Assembly: GCA_045105515.1 (NCBI GenBank)
Contig: JBGCDR010000098.1
Coordinates: 1-20,115, forward strand
Reading direction: 5' to 3'
DNA from: Oligoflexales bacterium
GTDB lineage: Bacteria; Bdellovibrionota_B; Oligoflexia; Oligoflexales; Bog-1112
DNA: 20,115 nt
Notes under the pieces: model-generated
Told to the model about the DNA's origin: nothing
The model's database searches: none
Seen by the model: the letters and a program-made list of their open reading frames with translations, nothing else
Made by a program: the position numbers and the translations under genes
Part shown: piece by piece, positions 8,827-17,504 of the stretch
Layout of the letters: each line of letters opens with the position of its first letter
Position numbering within the stretch: position 1 is the first letter of the stretch

Positions 8827-10293
8827 GTGACTAGAGAAATTAAAATTTACAGTACCTTAAACAAAAAAAAGAAAATCCTCAGCACCATCGAAGCAGGACA
8901 TGTGCGAATGTATGCATGCGGAGTCACGGTCTATGACGATAACCACATTGGTCACGCCATGCAGGCCATCTTCTTTGATGTAATCCGTAACTACCTAGAA
9001 TATGCAGGCTATAAGGTTACCTATGTCCGCAACTATACAGATGTTGATGACAAAATTATAAACAGAGCCAATGAGATGGGGATTTCCCCTCGGCATCTTG
9101 CTGAAAACGTGATCAAATCTAGTATCGAAGATCTTACTGAGCTAGGGGTTAAACCAGCAACTCATGAGCCAAAGGTTTCGGAGTCAATCCCTGAGATCAC
9201 TTCAATGATCCAAGATTTGATCGATCGGGATGCTGCCTATTCCACAGCAAAGGGAGATGTATACTACCGGGTGCGAAGTAACCATGAATATGGCAAGCTA
9301 TCGAACCGTAAAATAGATGAGCTTAAGAGTGGTACGCGGGAAGTTAATCGCGGGGAAAAAGAGGACGACCTTGATTTTGCCCTTTGGAAACAAGATGACA
9401 CAGAGGACGCAAGCTGGAAAAGTCCATGGGGAAAAGGACGGCCAGGCTGGCATATTGAGTGTTCGGCAATGGCTAAGAAATTCCTAGGAACCAACTTTGA
9501 CATTCATGGGGGGGGCCTAGACCTTGTTTTTCCCCATCATGAAAATGAAATTGCTCAGTCAGAGTCGGCTAATGGTTGCGCTTACGCAAATGTTTGGATG
9601 CACTCTGGATTACTTACGATCAATCGCCAAAAAATGTCAAAAAGCCTAGGTAACTTTATAACTATCAAAGAATTTTTAAAAAAATGGCCAGGTGAGGTAT
9701 TGCGCCTTGGCTACTTGCAGAATCACTACAGCTCTAATATTGATTTTTCTGAGGACATTTTTAGGACCTGCCGAAAACGCCTTCTTTATTACTATGAAAC
9801 TCTAAAGTCTCTCAAAGATTATGCAGGTTCAAATGATGGTAAACAAAGCATAAACTCTTTGATACCAATCGACAAATATAGAGAAGAATTTCACAAACTC
9901 ATGTCAGAGAATTTTAACACTCCTGCTGCAATTGCATGTATTAACGATGTAATGAAACAAGCGAACCAAATTCTCAAGAAAAAGAGAACTACGCAAACTC
10001 AGAATACAGCCTTATGCCTAACGCACCTTTTGACTGAATGGGGAGAGGTTCTAGGACTCTTTCAACATGAACCCGCTGCTTTTATTGATAGCTTGAAATT
10101 ACAGCTGCTACCAGATCTTGAAATAACAAAACCCGTGATTGAAAAGCTGTTAGCAGAGCGATGGCAGGCGAGATCAGATAAAAACTGGAAACGCAGTGAC
10201 GAAATAAGAGATGAGCTACGCACCAAAGGCATTGTAGTCAACGATGGAACCAGCTCATCATCATGGACCATAGCTGAGCTAGTAGACGACTAA
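8827..10293 (+). CDS. cysS: Cysteine--tRNA ligase
   Basis: MYACGVTVYD..HIGH, DFALWK, GRPGWHIECSAM, HGGGLDLVFPHHENE, KMSKS. Start GTG 8827 with AGGAGA RBS; the ORF-track start at 8689 is unlikely. Confidence 0.98.
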   Translation: MTREIKIYSTLNKKKKILSTIEAGHVRMYACGVTVYDDNHIGHAMQAIFFDVIRNYLEYAGYKVTYVRNYTDVDDKIINRANEMGISPRHLAENVIKSSIEDLTELGVKPATHEPKVSESIPEITSMIQDLIDRDAAYSTAKGDVYYRVRSNHEYGKLSNRKIDELKSGTREVNRGEKEDDLDFALWKQDDTEDASWKSPWGKGRPGWHIECSAMAKKFLGTNFDIHGGGLDLVFPHHENEIAQSESANGCAYANVWMHSGLLTINRQKMSKSLGNFITIKEFLKKWPGEVLRLGYLQNHYSSNIDFSEDIFRTCRKRLLYYYETLKSLKDYAGSNDGKQSINSLIPIDKYREEFHKLMSENFNTPAAIACINDVMKQANQILKKKRTTQTQNTALCLTHLLTEWGEVLGLFQHEPAAFIDSLKLQLLPDLEITKPVIEKLLAERWQARSDKNWKRSDEIRDELRTKGIVVNDGTSSSSWTIAELVDD

Positions 10294-10312
10294 CTAACAG
10301 TAAGGAGTCATT

Positions 10313-11563
10313 ATGTCCTCTGTTCTTGTCAGAAATATTGGAGAATTAGTCACACTAAAACCTGTGGCAGAGAGGCAACGATTCCACCATCTGCAGGACA
10401 CTGATTTAGGATGCTACCACAATGCTTGGCTCTACTGCCAGAATGGCAAGGTTCTCTCGTTTGGTAGTAATTCAATTCCAGACACCATACTGGCAGATGC
10501 CTCTCTCACGCAGGTTGATGCTGAAAAAAGTTTAGTATTACCTGGGTTTGTCGACTCACATACCCATCCGGTTTTTTTCGGGACAAGAAGCAGTGAGTTC
10601 AGGATGCGCCTTGATGGCAAGAGTTACCAAGAAATTGCTCAGAACGGCGGTGGGATTATGGCCACTGTTAAAGCTAGTAGGGCAGCATCTGATGAACAAC
10701 TGCTAGAGAATACCTTAGCGCATTTTAAAAGTTTCCTCTCATACGGAGTCTGCACTGTTGAAGCAAAGTCTGGATACGGCTTAACTCCCAAAGAGGAAAT
10801 TAGACACCTTAGAATCCTAAATCGGGCCCGTCAGAAAACCAAGCAAAGCATTAAAACCAGTTGTTTGGCTCTTCACGCCATTCCAGAAGAGTATGAATCA
10901 ACGACTGATTATGTTTCAGGCATTTGTCAGCAGCTACTTCCTAAAGTGGCAAAAGAAAAATTGGCTGACTACGTAGATGCATTTATTGAGCAGGGCTATT
11001 TTAGCAGTAGCGAATGTGAACCATATTTCAAGAAAGCAAAAGAGCTAGGGCTTGGTATAAGAATCCATGCAGATGAATTTTCTGATGCTCATGCTGCAAA
11101 AACTGCTGCACGATGGCAGGCAGCCAGTGCGGATCATCTACAATTTGCGAGCGAAGAGGGAATGGCTGAGATGAGTAAAAAAGGAGTTGTAGCCTGCATT
11201 TTACCAGGCACCTCCCTATATACGGCCATTCCGTTTACCTCTGGACGGAAGTTAGCTGACCTTGGGTGCGCAGTTGCAATAGCCTCCGACTTCAATCCTG
11301 GCAGCTGCAATTTGGACAATTTACCAATGCTTGCCATCCTGGGTGGCTTACATGGTAAGTTACATAGCTGGGAAGTGCTTGCAGGAATTACAATAGTGCC
11401 TGCTTTTAGCCTAGGACTTTCAACACAAAAAGGTAGTCTAGCCAAAGGTTTTGACGCAGACTTCAGCATCCAAGAATGTGAAAATCTAGATGAATGGTTT
11501 GCAGATTTTGGCAAGACAAAGCCAAAAGAAGTATGGCTTGGGGGGTTTAAGCAAAAAATTTAA
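10313..11563 (+). CDS. hutI: Imidazolonepropionase
   Basis: PGFVDSHTH, SYQEIAQNGGGI, EAKSGYGL, HADEF, SADHL, ASDFNPGS; RBS AAGGAG. Confidence 0.95.
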   Translation: MSSVLVRNIGELVTLKPVAERQRFHHLQDTDLGCYHNAWLYCQNGKVLSFGSNSIPDTILADASLTQVDAEKSLVLPGFVDSHTHPVFFGTRSSEFRMRLDGKSYQEIAQNGGGIMATVKASRAASDEQLLENTLAHFKSFLSYGVCTVEAKSGYGLTPKEEIRHLRILNRARQKTKQSIKTSCLALHAIPEEYESTTDYVSGICQQLLPKVAKEKLADYVDAFIEQGYFSSSECEPYFKKAKELGLGIRIHADEFSDAHAAKTAARWQAASADHLQFASEEGMAEMSKKGVVACILPGTSLYTAIPFTSGRKLADLGCAVAIASDFNPGSCNLDNLPMLAILGGLHGKLHSWEVLAGITIVPAFSLGLSTQKGSLAKGFDADFSIQECENLDEWFADFGKTKPKEVWLGGFKQKI

Positions 11564-11572
11564 GAAGAAATG

Positions 11573-11674
11573 AAATCCACCGAAACTCTCGGGGAAAAAC
11601 TGCTTTCTCCTCAGATCACAAGGACTTGCTCTCACCTCACCATCAAATCTTAACATGAGTGAAGTTGGTTCAAT
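11573..11674 (+). repeat. 102-bp element, copy B (hutI/greA convergent gap)
   Basis: Shares AAATCCACCGAAACTCT, CAAGGAnTTnCTnnCACCTC and AGTGAAGnTGGnTCAAT with copy A at identical spacing; internal hairpin ggggaaa/tttctcc. Confidence 0.7.
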
Positions 11675-12152
11675 AATCAATACTCAAAACTACAAACTCT
11701 TTGCTCCCTTTAGGAAGCTTGAGCGTAACTACATCATCAAGTTTCTTACCGAGCAATGCTCGCGCCATCGGCGAACTAATTGACAGCTTGTTCTGTTCAA
11801 TATTCGCCTCTAAATCTCCAACAATTCGGTACTTTTTCTCATCACCGGTCTCTTCATCTTGTAAATAAACCCACGCACCAAAGCGTATCGAATCTGGCCG
11901 GTTTTCCGACATGTCAATAATTTGAGCTCTTGAAAGCTTATCCTCTAGATCGGCAATGCGAGCCTCGATCATACCTTGTTTCTCTCTAGCGGCATGATAT
12001 TCAGCATTTTCCTTTAAATCACCATGGGAACGAGCCTCGGCAATGGCAGCAATCACTTCATGTCGTTCCACATTCTTTAATTGCTCGAGCTCTTTTTGCA
12101 AAATATCATGACCATCAGGGGTAAATGGAATCAAATCTATATTGTTCGTCAT
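11670..12152 (-). CDS. greA: Transcription elongation factor GreA
   Basis: [31 protein letters not shown]; start ATG 12152 (or GTG 12167). Confidence 0.97.
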   Translation of the reverse strand: MTNNIDLIPFTPDGHDILQKELEQLKNVERHEVIAAIAEARSHGDLKENAEYHAAREKQGMIEARIADLEDKLSRAQIIDMSENRPDSIRFGAWVYLQDEETGDEKKYRIVGDLEANIEQNKLSISSPMARALLGKKLDDVVTLKLPKGSKEFVVLSIDY

Positions 12153-12213
12153 AATTAAACCTATCACTCTTCTCTTGAACTACTGCTATCAAAATAAAAA
12201 GCCTAAACAAGTG

Positions 12214-13656
12214 TTAAAGGGTCGTTGTAGCAGAAAAGGCAAAGGTATAAGACTGACCTTCTACTTTCTGCACAGTCGTTACCCCACCAATTTTTTGGGC
12301 TTCACCAGCACCATTTTGTAAAACAAATCCTGCACCTATTTGGCTGTTAGGCTGAACCCAGGAAAAAAACACACTTCCTCCAAACCAGTCAACATGATTT
12401 CTTTGGTTGGCTTTCTTTTTATTAATATCTGGCCTAGCATCATTATTGGTAAAAAAACCAAGCCGCATGGGCACAGCAGGTACCAGATAGTACTCTAAAC
12501 CTGCCATAAAATTGGTTACAGCTTCTTTTCCATATAATGCATAAGAGAAACCTCCAAATTTCTCAGCATTATTTACCCCTGTAACATGAACCAAGTCCGC
12601 CGTCATTAATAAACGCGTTGAAGCAAAGTAGGCGACCCCGAGGCGATAGGAATTTGCCATCGATCCCAAAGGATTCTCCTGCACAGATACATTTCCTGGG
12701 TTGTGATAGACCCCGACCACCGAAGGGTTAGTTATGGTAGCTCCCGCCCCTCCCACTGACTGTTCTTCCACAGTACTTTGATCGTCATCGACTAGCTTAA
12801 TTCTTCTTATCTCGGCAGTCTGCTCATAGGCTTGAGAAAGAAAACTGCCAAATTTTGCCGTAAAACCGAGCGATAAGCGTCCAAATAAGGATGCCTGAAC
12901 CCCTAATACTGGTTGAATTCCATATGCAGTCAGACTCTGCCTAATATTCTGAGTCAAGGTCTGGGTCCCTGGCTCAAAGCCACCATCTGTGGTGCAAAAG
13001 TGAGAAGACTGTTTGACATCCTGATATTCCTGGACAAGTTCATCTACAGAGATATAGTTTGCTCCAACTCCAAATGACAGAGCATTGCTCATCCTCCAAC
13101 CTAGAGCTGCACCTACATATTCTGTTGCGCTGCGGGAATTTACTGTACGATGAAAGCGTTTAAGCACATTATCTGGCGGTAACTCCGCCCCTTCAGCAGC
13201 ATTAGGGCATGCTGAACTGCCTCCAAGCCTAACATCTGAAAACAAGTCATCCTGATCCTTCAATTCATTATCAAGTGCATAGATCCCCCAGGCAAAGACT
13301 AGACCTTCTGCGATGTTATCCACTTTTAAAAGACCGCCAAAGAAAGAAGGTACCGTTCCTCCACTTTCCTCTTTAAAGTCTTTTGCACCAATGGTCTTTT
13401 TAAAAGTTAGTGTTTTGTTATACATGGCATTAGCGGAGCCAGAAATATCATTCGATAAAGCAAATGCTATACCTGCTGGATTATAATAGACACCCGACGC
13501 ATCATCAGACACAGCCCCGTAGGCGCCACCTAGTCCAATAGCACGATCGCCAATCAAAAAGTTTTGATAGTGAAACTGATCAGCATACGCTTTTAGGCTT
13601 CCACAAAATACTGCAATAGATAAGAAATAATTGATCTTAAAGGTACGAAATTTCAT
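12214..13656 (-). CDS. Outer-membrane beta-barrel, FadL/OmpP1/TodX-like
   Basis: Signal peptide ending AYA; GDRAIGLGGAYGAVSDDASGVYYNPAGI matches the FadL-like N-terminal motif; amphipathic strands and C-terminal YTFAFSATTTL; ATG 13656 with GAGGTG RBS. Confidence 0.8.
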   Translation of the reverse strand: MKFRTFKINYFLSIAVFCGSLKAYADQFHYQNFLIGDRAIGLGGAYGAVSDDASGVYYNPAGIAFALSNDISGSANAMYNKTLTFKKTIGAKDFKEESGGTVPSFFGGLLKVDNIAEGLVFAWGIYALDNELKDQDDLFSDVRLGGSSACPNAAEGAELPPDNVLKRFHRTVNSRSATEYVGAALGWRMSNALSFGVGANYISVDELVQEYQDVKQSSHFCTTDGGFEPGTQTLTQNIRQSLTAYGIQPVLGVQASLFGRLSLGFTAKFGSFLSQAYEQTAEIRRIKLVDDDQSTVEEQSVGGAGATITNPSVVGVYHNPGNVSVQENPLGSMANSYRLGVAYFASTRLLMTADLVHVTGVNNAEKFGGFSYALYGKEAVTNFMAGLEYYLVPAVPMRLGFFTNNDARPDINKKKANQRNHVDWFGGSVFFSWVQPNSQIGAGFVLQNGAGEAQKIGGVTTVQKVEGQSYTFAFSATTTL

Positions 13657-13690
13657 ATTCACCTCAAATGAATCTTAGATCTTTGATATT

Positions 13691-14644
13691 TCAATCTTCT
13701 TTTTTGGGTAGTGCCTCAATATAGTTTTTGTATCGAGATTTCCCACTTGCTCCAGTAATTTTTTTCGCATCCATTTTAGCCAAAAGTTTTTTTATGCGAT
13801 CTTTTCTGTCGGTAATTTTAGGATGAGTTTTTTCCAAGATTTTTGCACTTACCTTCTTTTTCTTTTTTGCTTTCTGAAGTCTCGTTAAAAACCGAAGCAG
13901 CGCCTTGGGCTCATACCCTGCCCGAATAGCGTATGCCACACCTTCGTGATCAGCTTCATACTCAAGCTTTTTATCAAGTCCTTGTTCCAACAGAACATTC
14001 ATTCCTGCTTTAGCTGCTTGCAACAAAGTCATCGCTGCTCCAGCAGACTGAGAAAGATATCGTGTTAACAATTCTGCTGATTCTGAAGTATCAGCAGTTG
14101 GACGTTTTCGAACCTCGCTTTCGATTGATAGTGATGATTTCCCTTTCTTTTCGTTATCATCAGCAGCCTTTTCCATTTCACTATCACCCATACTCTTCAA
14201 TGTATTAAACATGTGCTTTTTGCCTACATGGGCGATTTCATGACCTAAGACCATTGCTAATTCTGCTTCAGATTTTGCATTTCTGATGCTTCCAAGAGTA
14301 ACAAGAATATAACCACCAGGTGCTGCAAAAGCATTTACTGATTCAGAATCTAAGATAGAAAACATATAGCGACGATCAGGGTAATCACTATAACTTGCAA
14401 CATAAAGACCAACTTGATTGACATATCCAATTAAGGACTCATCACCATAGGTACCATAGTATTGCAAAAGTCTACCTGCCATATCTCGACCCAAAGTTAC
14501 TTCTGCCTTATATTCACTTAATTTTTTCTGTTCTTCTTTCGAAAGCTTTGGTTCTGCTTCATCTTTAGTACCGTTTAACAAGGTACATGACCCTAGTAAG
14601 CTTGCTAAAATTAGCTTAAAAGTCAGTTGAACTGAAACCCTCAT
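13691..14644 (-). CDS. M48-family zinc metalloprotease, lipoprotein
   Basis: Lipobox LGS-C; VNAFAAPGG, ELAMVLGHEIAH, EYEAD, AGYEP, THP. Confidence 0.9.
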   Translation of the reverse strand: MRVSVQLTFKLILASLLGSCTLLNGTKDEAEPKLSKEEQKKLSEYKAEVTLGRDMAGRLLQYYGTYGDESLIGYVNQVGLYVASYSDYPDRRYMFSILDSESVNAFAAPGGYILVTLGSIRNAKSEAELAMVLGHEIAHVGKKHMFNTLKSMGDSEMEKAADDNEKKGKSSLSIESEVRKRPTADTSESAELLTRYLSQSAGAAMTLLQAAKAGMNVLLEQGLDKKLEYEADHEGVAYAIRAGYEPKALLRFLTRLQKAKKKKKVSAKILEKTHPKITDRKDRIKKLLAKMDAKKITGASGKSRYKNYIEALPKKED

Positions 14645-14787
14645 ACATGGCCTCTAATGATGATAATTGGAATCACATGTAATTTTTTTACACATCAATA
14701 TGATACTACGAAAATTAGTATTCTAATATTTTCACGGAAATTTATAGGGTAAATGAGAGAATAGGAGGTAAGAAATTCGTAGGTAAA

Positions 14788-15336
14788 CTATTCCTTTTTC
14801 TTAAGCTTAAACTCAATTTCTCTCTCAACCATGTTGCCTATCTGTTCAATAGATTTAGGATCTATGTTCAAATTTTCCATTGCCACAACAAGTCTTGGGT
14901 TGGGCTTTACATTTCCAGCAAAAGCAGTATCATCACTCTCATCTAGTCCCCTAACACCCATCACAGCTGAGCGGTTTCGAACATTTGAAGCATCATCTGC
15001 AGATCGTCCTTGCTGAATTGCTTTCCTCAAAGCAGTCGAAAACTCTCCACTCTTTTTTGAAGGTTTTCTCTTGACCTTCATCACTGAAACATAACCTTCT
15101 TTGCCACCTTCAAGTTTTACTTTCCAGAACATCCCACTGCGACCTAATTCCTCGATGCTATCACTTTTGCTAAGCTTCTTAAGAACACTCCCTTTTCTGC
15201 TAGCTTTGTCGTAAACTTTAACACCTGCCCTTTTAGGCACCAACTGTCTTGCGTGGAGTTCAGATATAGAAACTGAAATGGCAAAAAGCATACTACCAAG
15301 ACTGACCATTAATGCTTTTAGAGTCTGGTTAAACAT
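14788..15336 (-). CDS. Exported SH3b-like domain protein
   Basis: Signal peptide; VKVYDKAS..GSVLKKL...FWKVKL..GKEGYV SH3b pattern; C-terminal AVMGVRGLDE motif; RBS AGGGGG. Confidence 0.75.
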   Translation of the reverse strand: MFNQTLKALMVSLGSMLFAISVSISELHARQLVPKRAGVKVYDKASRKGSVLKKLSKSDSIEELGRSGMFWKVKLEGGKEGYVSVMKVKRKPSKKSGEFSTALRKAIQQGRSADDASNVRNRSAVMGVRGLDESDDTAFAGNVKPNPRLVVAMENLNIDPKSIEQIGNMVEREIEFKLKKKE

Positions 15337-15410
15337 TTCACCCCCCCTAGTGGTCTCGAATCAAAGTAAAAGCGTGCACATCTAAGTACACTTCCCATAC
15401 GATAATAACA

Positions 15411-15437
15411 TGATCGGCCAGTGTCCCAAAAACTTGA
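15411..15437 (-). promoter_or_regulatory. Sigma-28 (FliA)-type promoter
   Basis: TCAAGTTT-N11-GCCGATCA on the - strand, 74 bp upstream of the SH3 gene start. Confidence 0.7.
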
Positions 15438-15685
15438 AAGATTGCCTAATTATCTATTTATATTTAAATATTTAGAGCCTTTTTTTCAACCTATCTGTTT
15501 TTTTCCATACAGAAGATTTGAAAAGGGCAAAAAATACCTTAAATCAAAGCGATAGCCTCGAAACAAGCCTTTTCCGAATGGCTTAGTTTGCTTATGATGA
15601 GCCTTAATGAATGAGCCCAATGGGCCCCTCATAATCTCTACGGGCAAAAAAATTCGCTGAATAGCTTATAAGGGAGCAAAAACAA

Positions 15686-16750
15686 ATGGAAAAAAAGTGG
15701 CTCATCTATGGTGCAAACGGCTATACTGCTAGGCAAATAGTTTACAGAGCTGTGGAAAAGGGCTTTAGACCAATCCTAGCCGGAAGAAATGCACAAGAAA
15801 TTATTGATTTGGGCCTTGAACTTCAACTTCCAAGTCGGATTTTTGATCTCAAAACTCCCATAGACAAAAGTTTCTTTGAGGATATCCACTTATTGGTTAA
15901 CTGCGCAGGGCCATTCTCTAAAACAGCCAAACCTCTTTTAGAAGCATGCTACCAAACCAATACTCACTACATAGATGTATCGGGAGAACTCAAAACTTTC
16001 GAAGAGATCTTTGCAAATGCCAGTATGTGGCAGCAAAAAGGTTTGACCGTGATTCCAGGCTCAGGATTTGATGTAGTTCCTTCTGATTGCTTGGCTGCCT
16101 TCCTTAAAAATAAACTTCCCGACGCAACTAATCTTACTATAGGAATTAAAATCAATGGCACTAAGCCATCCTATGGAACGCTAAAATCTTTGGCAGAAGC
16201 AATAGCACAAGGGGGGAGGGTTCGCCTAGACAACAAACTTAAGAAGGTTCCCAATGCCTGGAAAACAAAACTCATTCCATTTTCAGAACAAAGCAGCCTT
16301 AGTGTTTCCATGCCCCTTGCAGAGCTCAGCAGCTGCTGGCATTCAACCCGGATTCCAAATATCCAAACATTTTTTTCAGTCAAAACTAAAGAGCTAAGGT
16401 ATATAAAGATGTCTAGGTTAGTGCGTCCTCTATTATTTATTCCTTTTGTCCTCGAATGGATTAAAAAACAGATCGGTTTTATCTATAGTGCCCCAAAGCC
16501 AAGAGTCTTGCAAAAAGGTTCTGCCGTCGTTTGGGGGGAAGTTAGAAACGCTGAAGGAAAAGCAAAAAGCTTAAGACTAAAGACTAATGAGGCTTATCAC
16601 TTCACCGCCCAGTCAACCCTATGTATTGCCCAAAAAGTTTTAAAAGGTGAAATTGATGCTGGAGTCTACTCGCCCTCAATGGCATTAGGGCCTGAATTTA
16701 TTTTAAACCTTGATCGCGTGAGCGTTGAGGATATCATACCTGTGCAGTAG
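15686..16750 (+). CDS. Saccharopine dehydrogenase-like NAD(P)-binding oxidoreductase
   Basis: IYGANGYTA Rossmann motif, LAGRN, NCAGPF, HYIDVSGE, GFDVVPSD. Confidence 0.9.
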   Translation: MEKKWLIYGANGYTARQIVYRAVEKGFRPILAGRNAQEIIDLGLELQLPSRIFDLKTPIDKSFFEDIHLLVNCAGPFSKTAKPLLEACYQTNTHYIDVSGELKTFEEIFANASMWQQKGLTVIPGSGFDVVPSDCLAAFLKNKLPDATNLTIGIKINGTKPSYGTLKSLAEAIAQGGRVRLDNKLKKVPNAWKTKLIPFSEQSSLSVSMPLAELSSCWHSTRIPNIQTFFSVKTKELRYIKMSRLVRPLLFIPFVLEWIKKQIGFIYSAPKPRVLQKGSAVVWGEVRNAEGKAKSLRLKTNEAYHFTAQSTLCIAQKVLKGEIDAGVYSPSMALGPEFILNLDRVSVEDIIPVQ

Positions 16751-16779
16751 CCGACCAACTCTTGCCCGAGGTTCTAAGC

Positions 16780-17493
16780 ATGATGACAAGCCCAGAAAGC
16801 GAAGCAAAAATCGCTCAAATGTTCGACAAGGTAGCGCCTCGCTATGACTTTCTGAATGCCCTTCTTAGTATGCGGCAGGATAAAAGGTGGCGAAAAAGAC
16901 TCGTCAGCCTATCCTCCGATCAAAATAATGCCTCTTATCTCGACGTAGCTACGGGCACTGGTGATGTAATAACCACAATTGGACAATACCGCCCATTCGC
17001 TAAGGAGCTATTCGGCGTCGATATTTCCCAGAAAATGCTTAATTTAGCAGAAATAAAAAGTAGGCCTTACCAATTTTCTTCGAAGCTAAAATTTGACGTT
17101 ATGAGCGCTGAGGAATTACAATTTTCTGATGCTAAGTTTGACACAGTTTCCATTTCCTTTGGTCTGCGAAACGTCATTAACAAAAAGAAAGCGCTATCTG
17201 AATTTGCACGGGTATTAAAACCCGATGGAAAGCTCTTAATCCTTGAGTTTTTTTCACCTGACAATACGGTCTTTTCACATCTATTTCAATGGTATTTTCA
17301 TCGAATACTCCCAAAAATAGGTGGCTTTCTGAGTGATAGAGAAGCTTACCACTATTTACCTAAGAGTGTGGGTTCATTCTACTCTTATAAAGAGCTCAAT
17401 AAGGTACTCCATGACCTTGGGTTTGAGCATAAGCGTACGGTAAGCTACCTGTTTGGTTCTTGCAGATTAATTCTATTGAGAAAAAATTTTTAA
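16780..17493 (+). CDS. ubiE: Ubiquinone/menaquinone biosynthesis C-methyltransferase UbiE/MenG
   Basis: MFDKVAPRYDFLN.LLS, LDVATGTGD, ISFGLRNV, RVLKPDG..ILEF, AYHYLPKSV; ATG 16780 with GAGG upstream. Confidence 0.93.
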   Translation: MMTSPESEAKIAQMFDKVAPRYDFLNALLSMRQDKRWRKRLVSLSSDQNNASYLDVATGTGDVITTIGQYRPFAKELFGVDISQKMLNLAEIKSRPYQFSSKLKFDVMSAEELQFSDAKFDTVSISFGLRNVINKKKALSEFARVLKPDGKLLILEFFSPDNTVFSHLFQWYFHRILPKIGGFLSDREAYHYLPKSVGSFYSYKELNKVLHDLGFEHKRTVSYLFGSCRLILLRKNF

Positions 17494-17504
17494 TTGGAGG
17501 ATTC

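Noticed and set aside
8705..11674. CRISPR array or IS ends as an explanation of the repeat
   Set aside because: Only two diverged copies 2.9 kb apart, with no cas genes, transposase or evident target-site duplication
15477..15528. Imperfect hairpin in the divergent intergenic region
   Set aside because: Mostly A/T-run pairing; not positioned after a gene end
15641..15685. c-di-GMP-I riboswitch-like words (GGGCAAA...GGGAGCAAA)
   Set aside because: No GAAA-tetraloop stem or second hairpin; the second word is simply the RBS region
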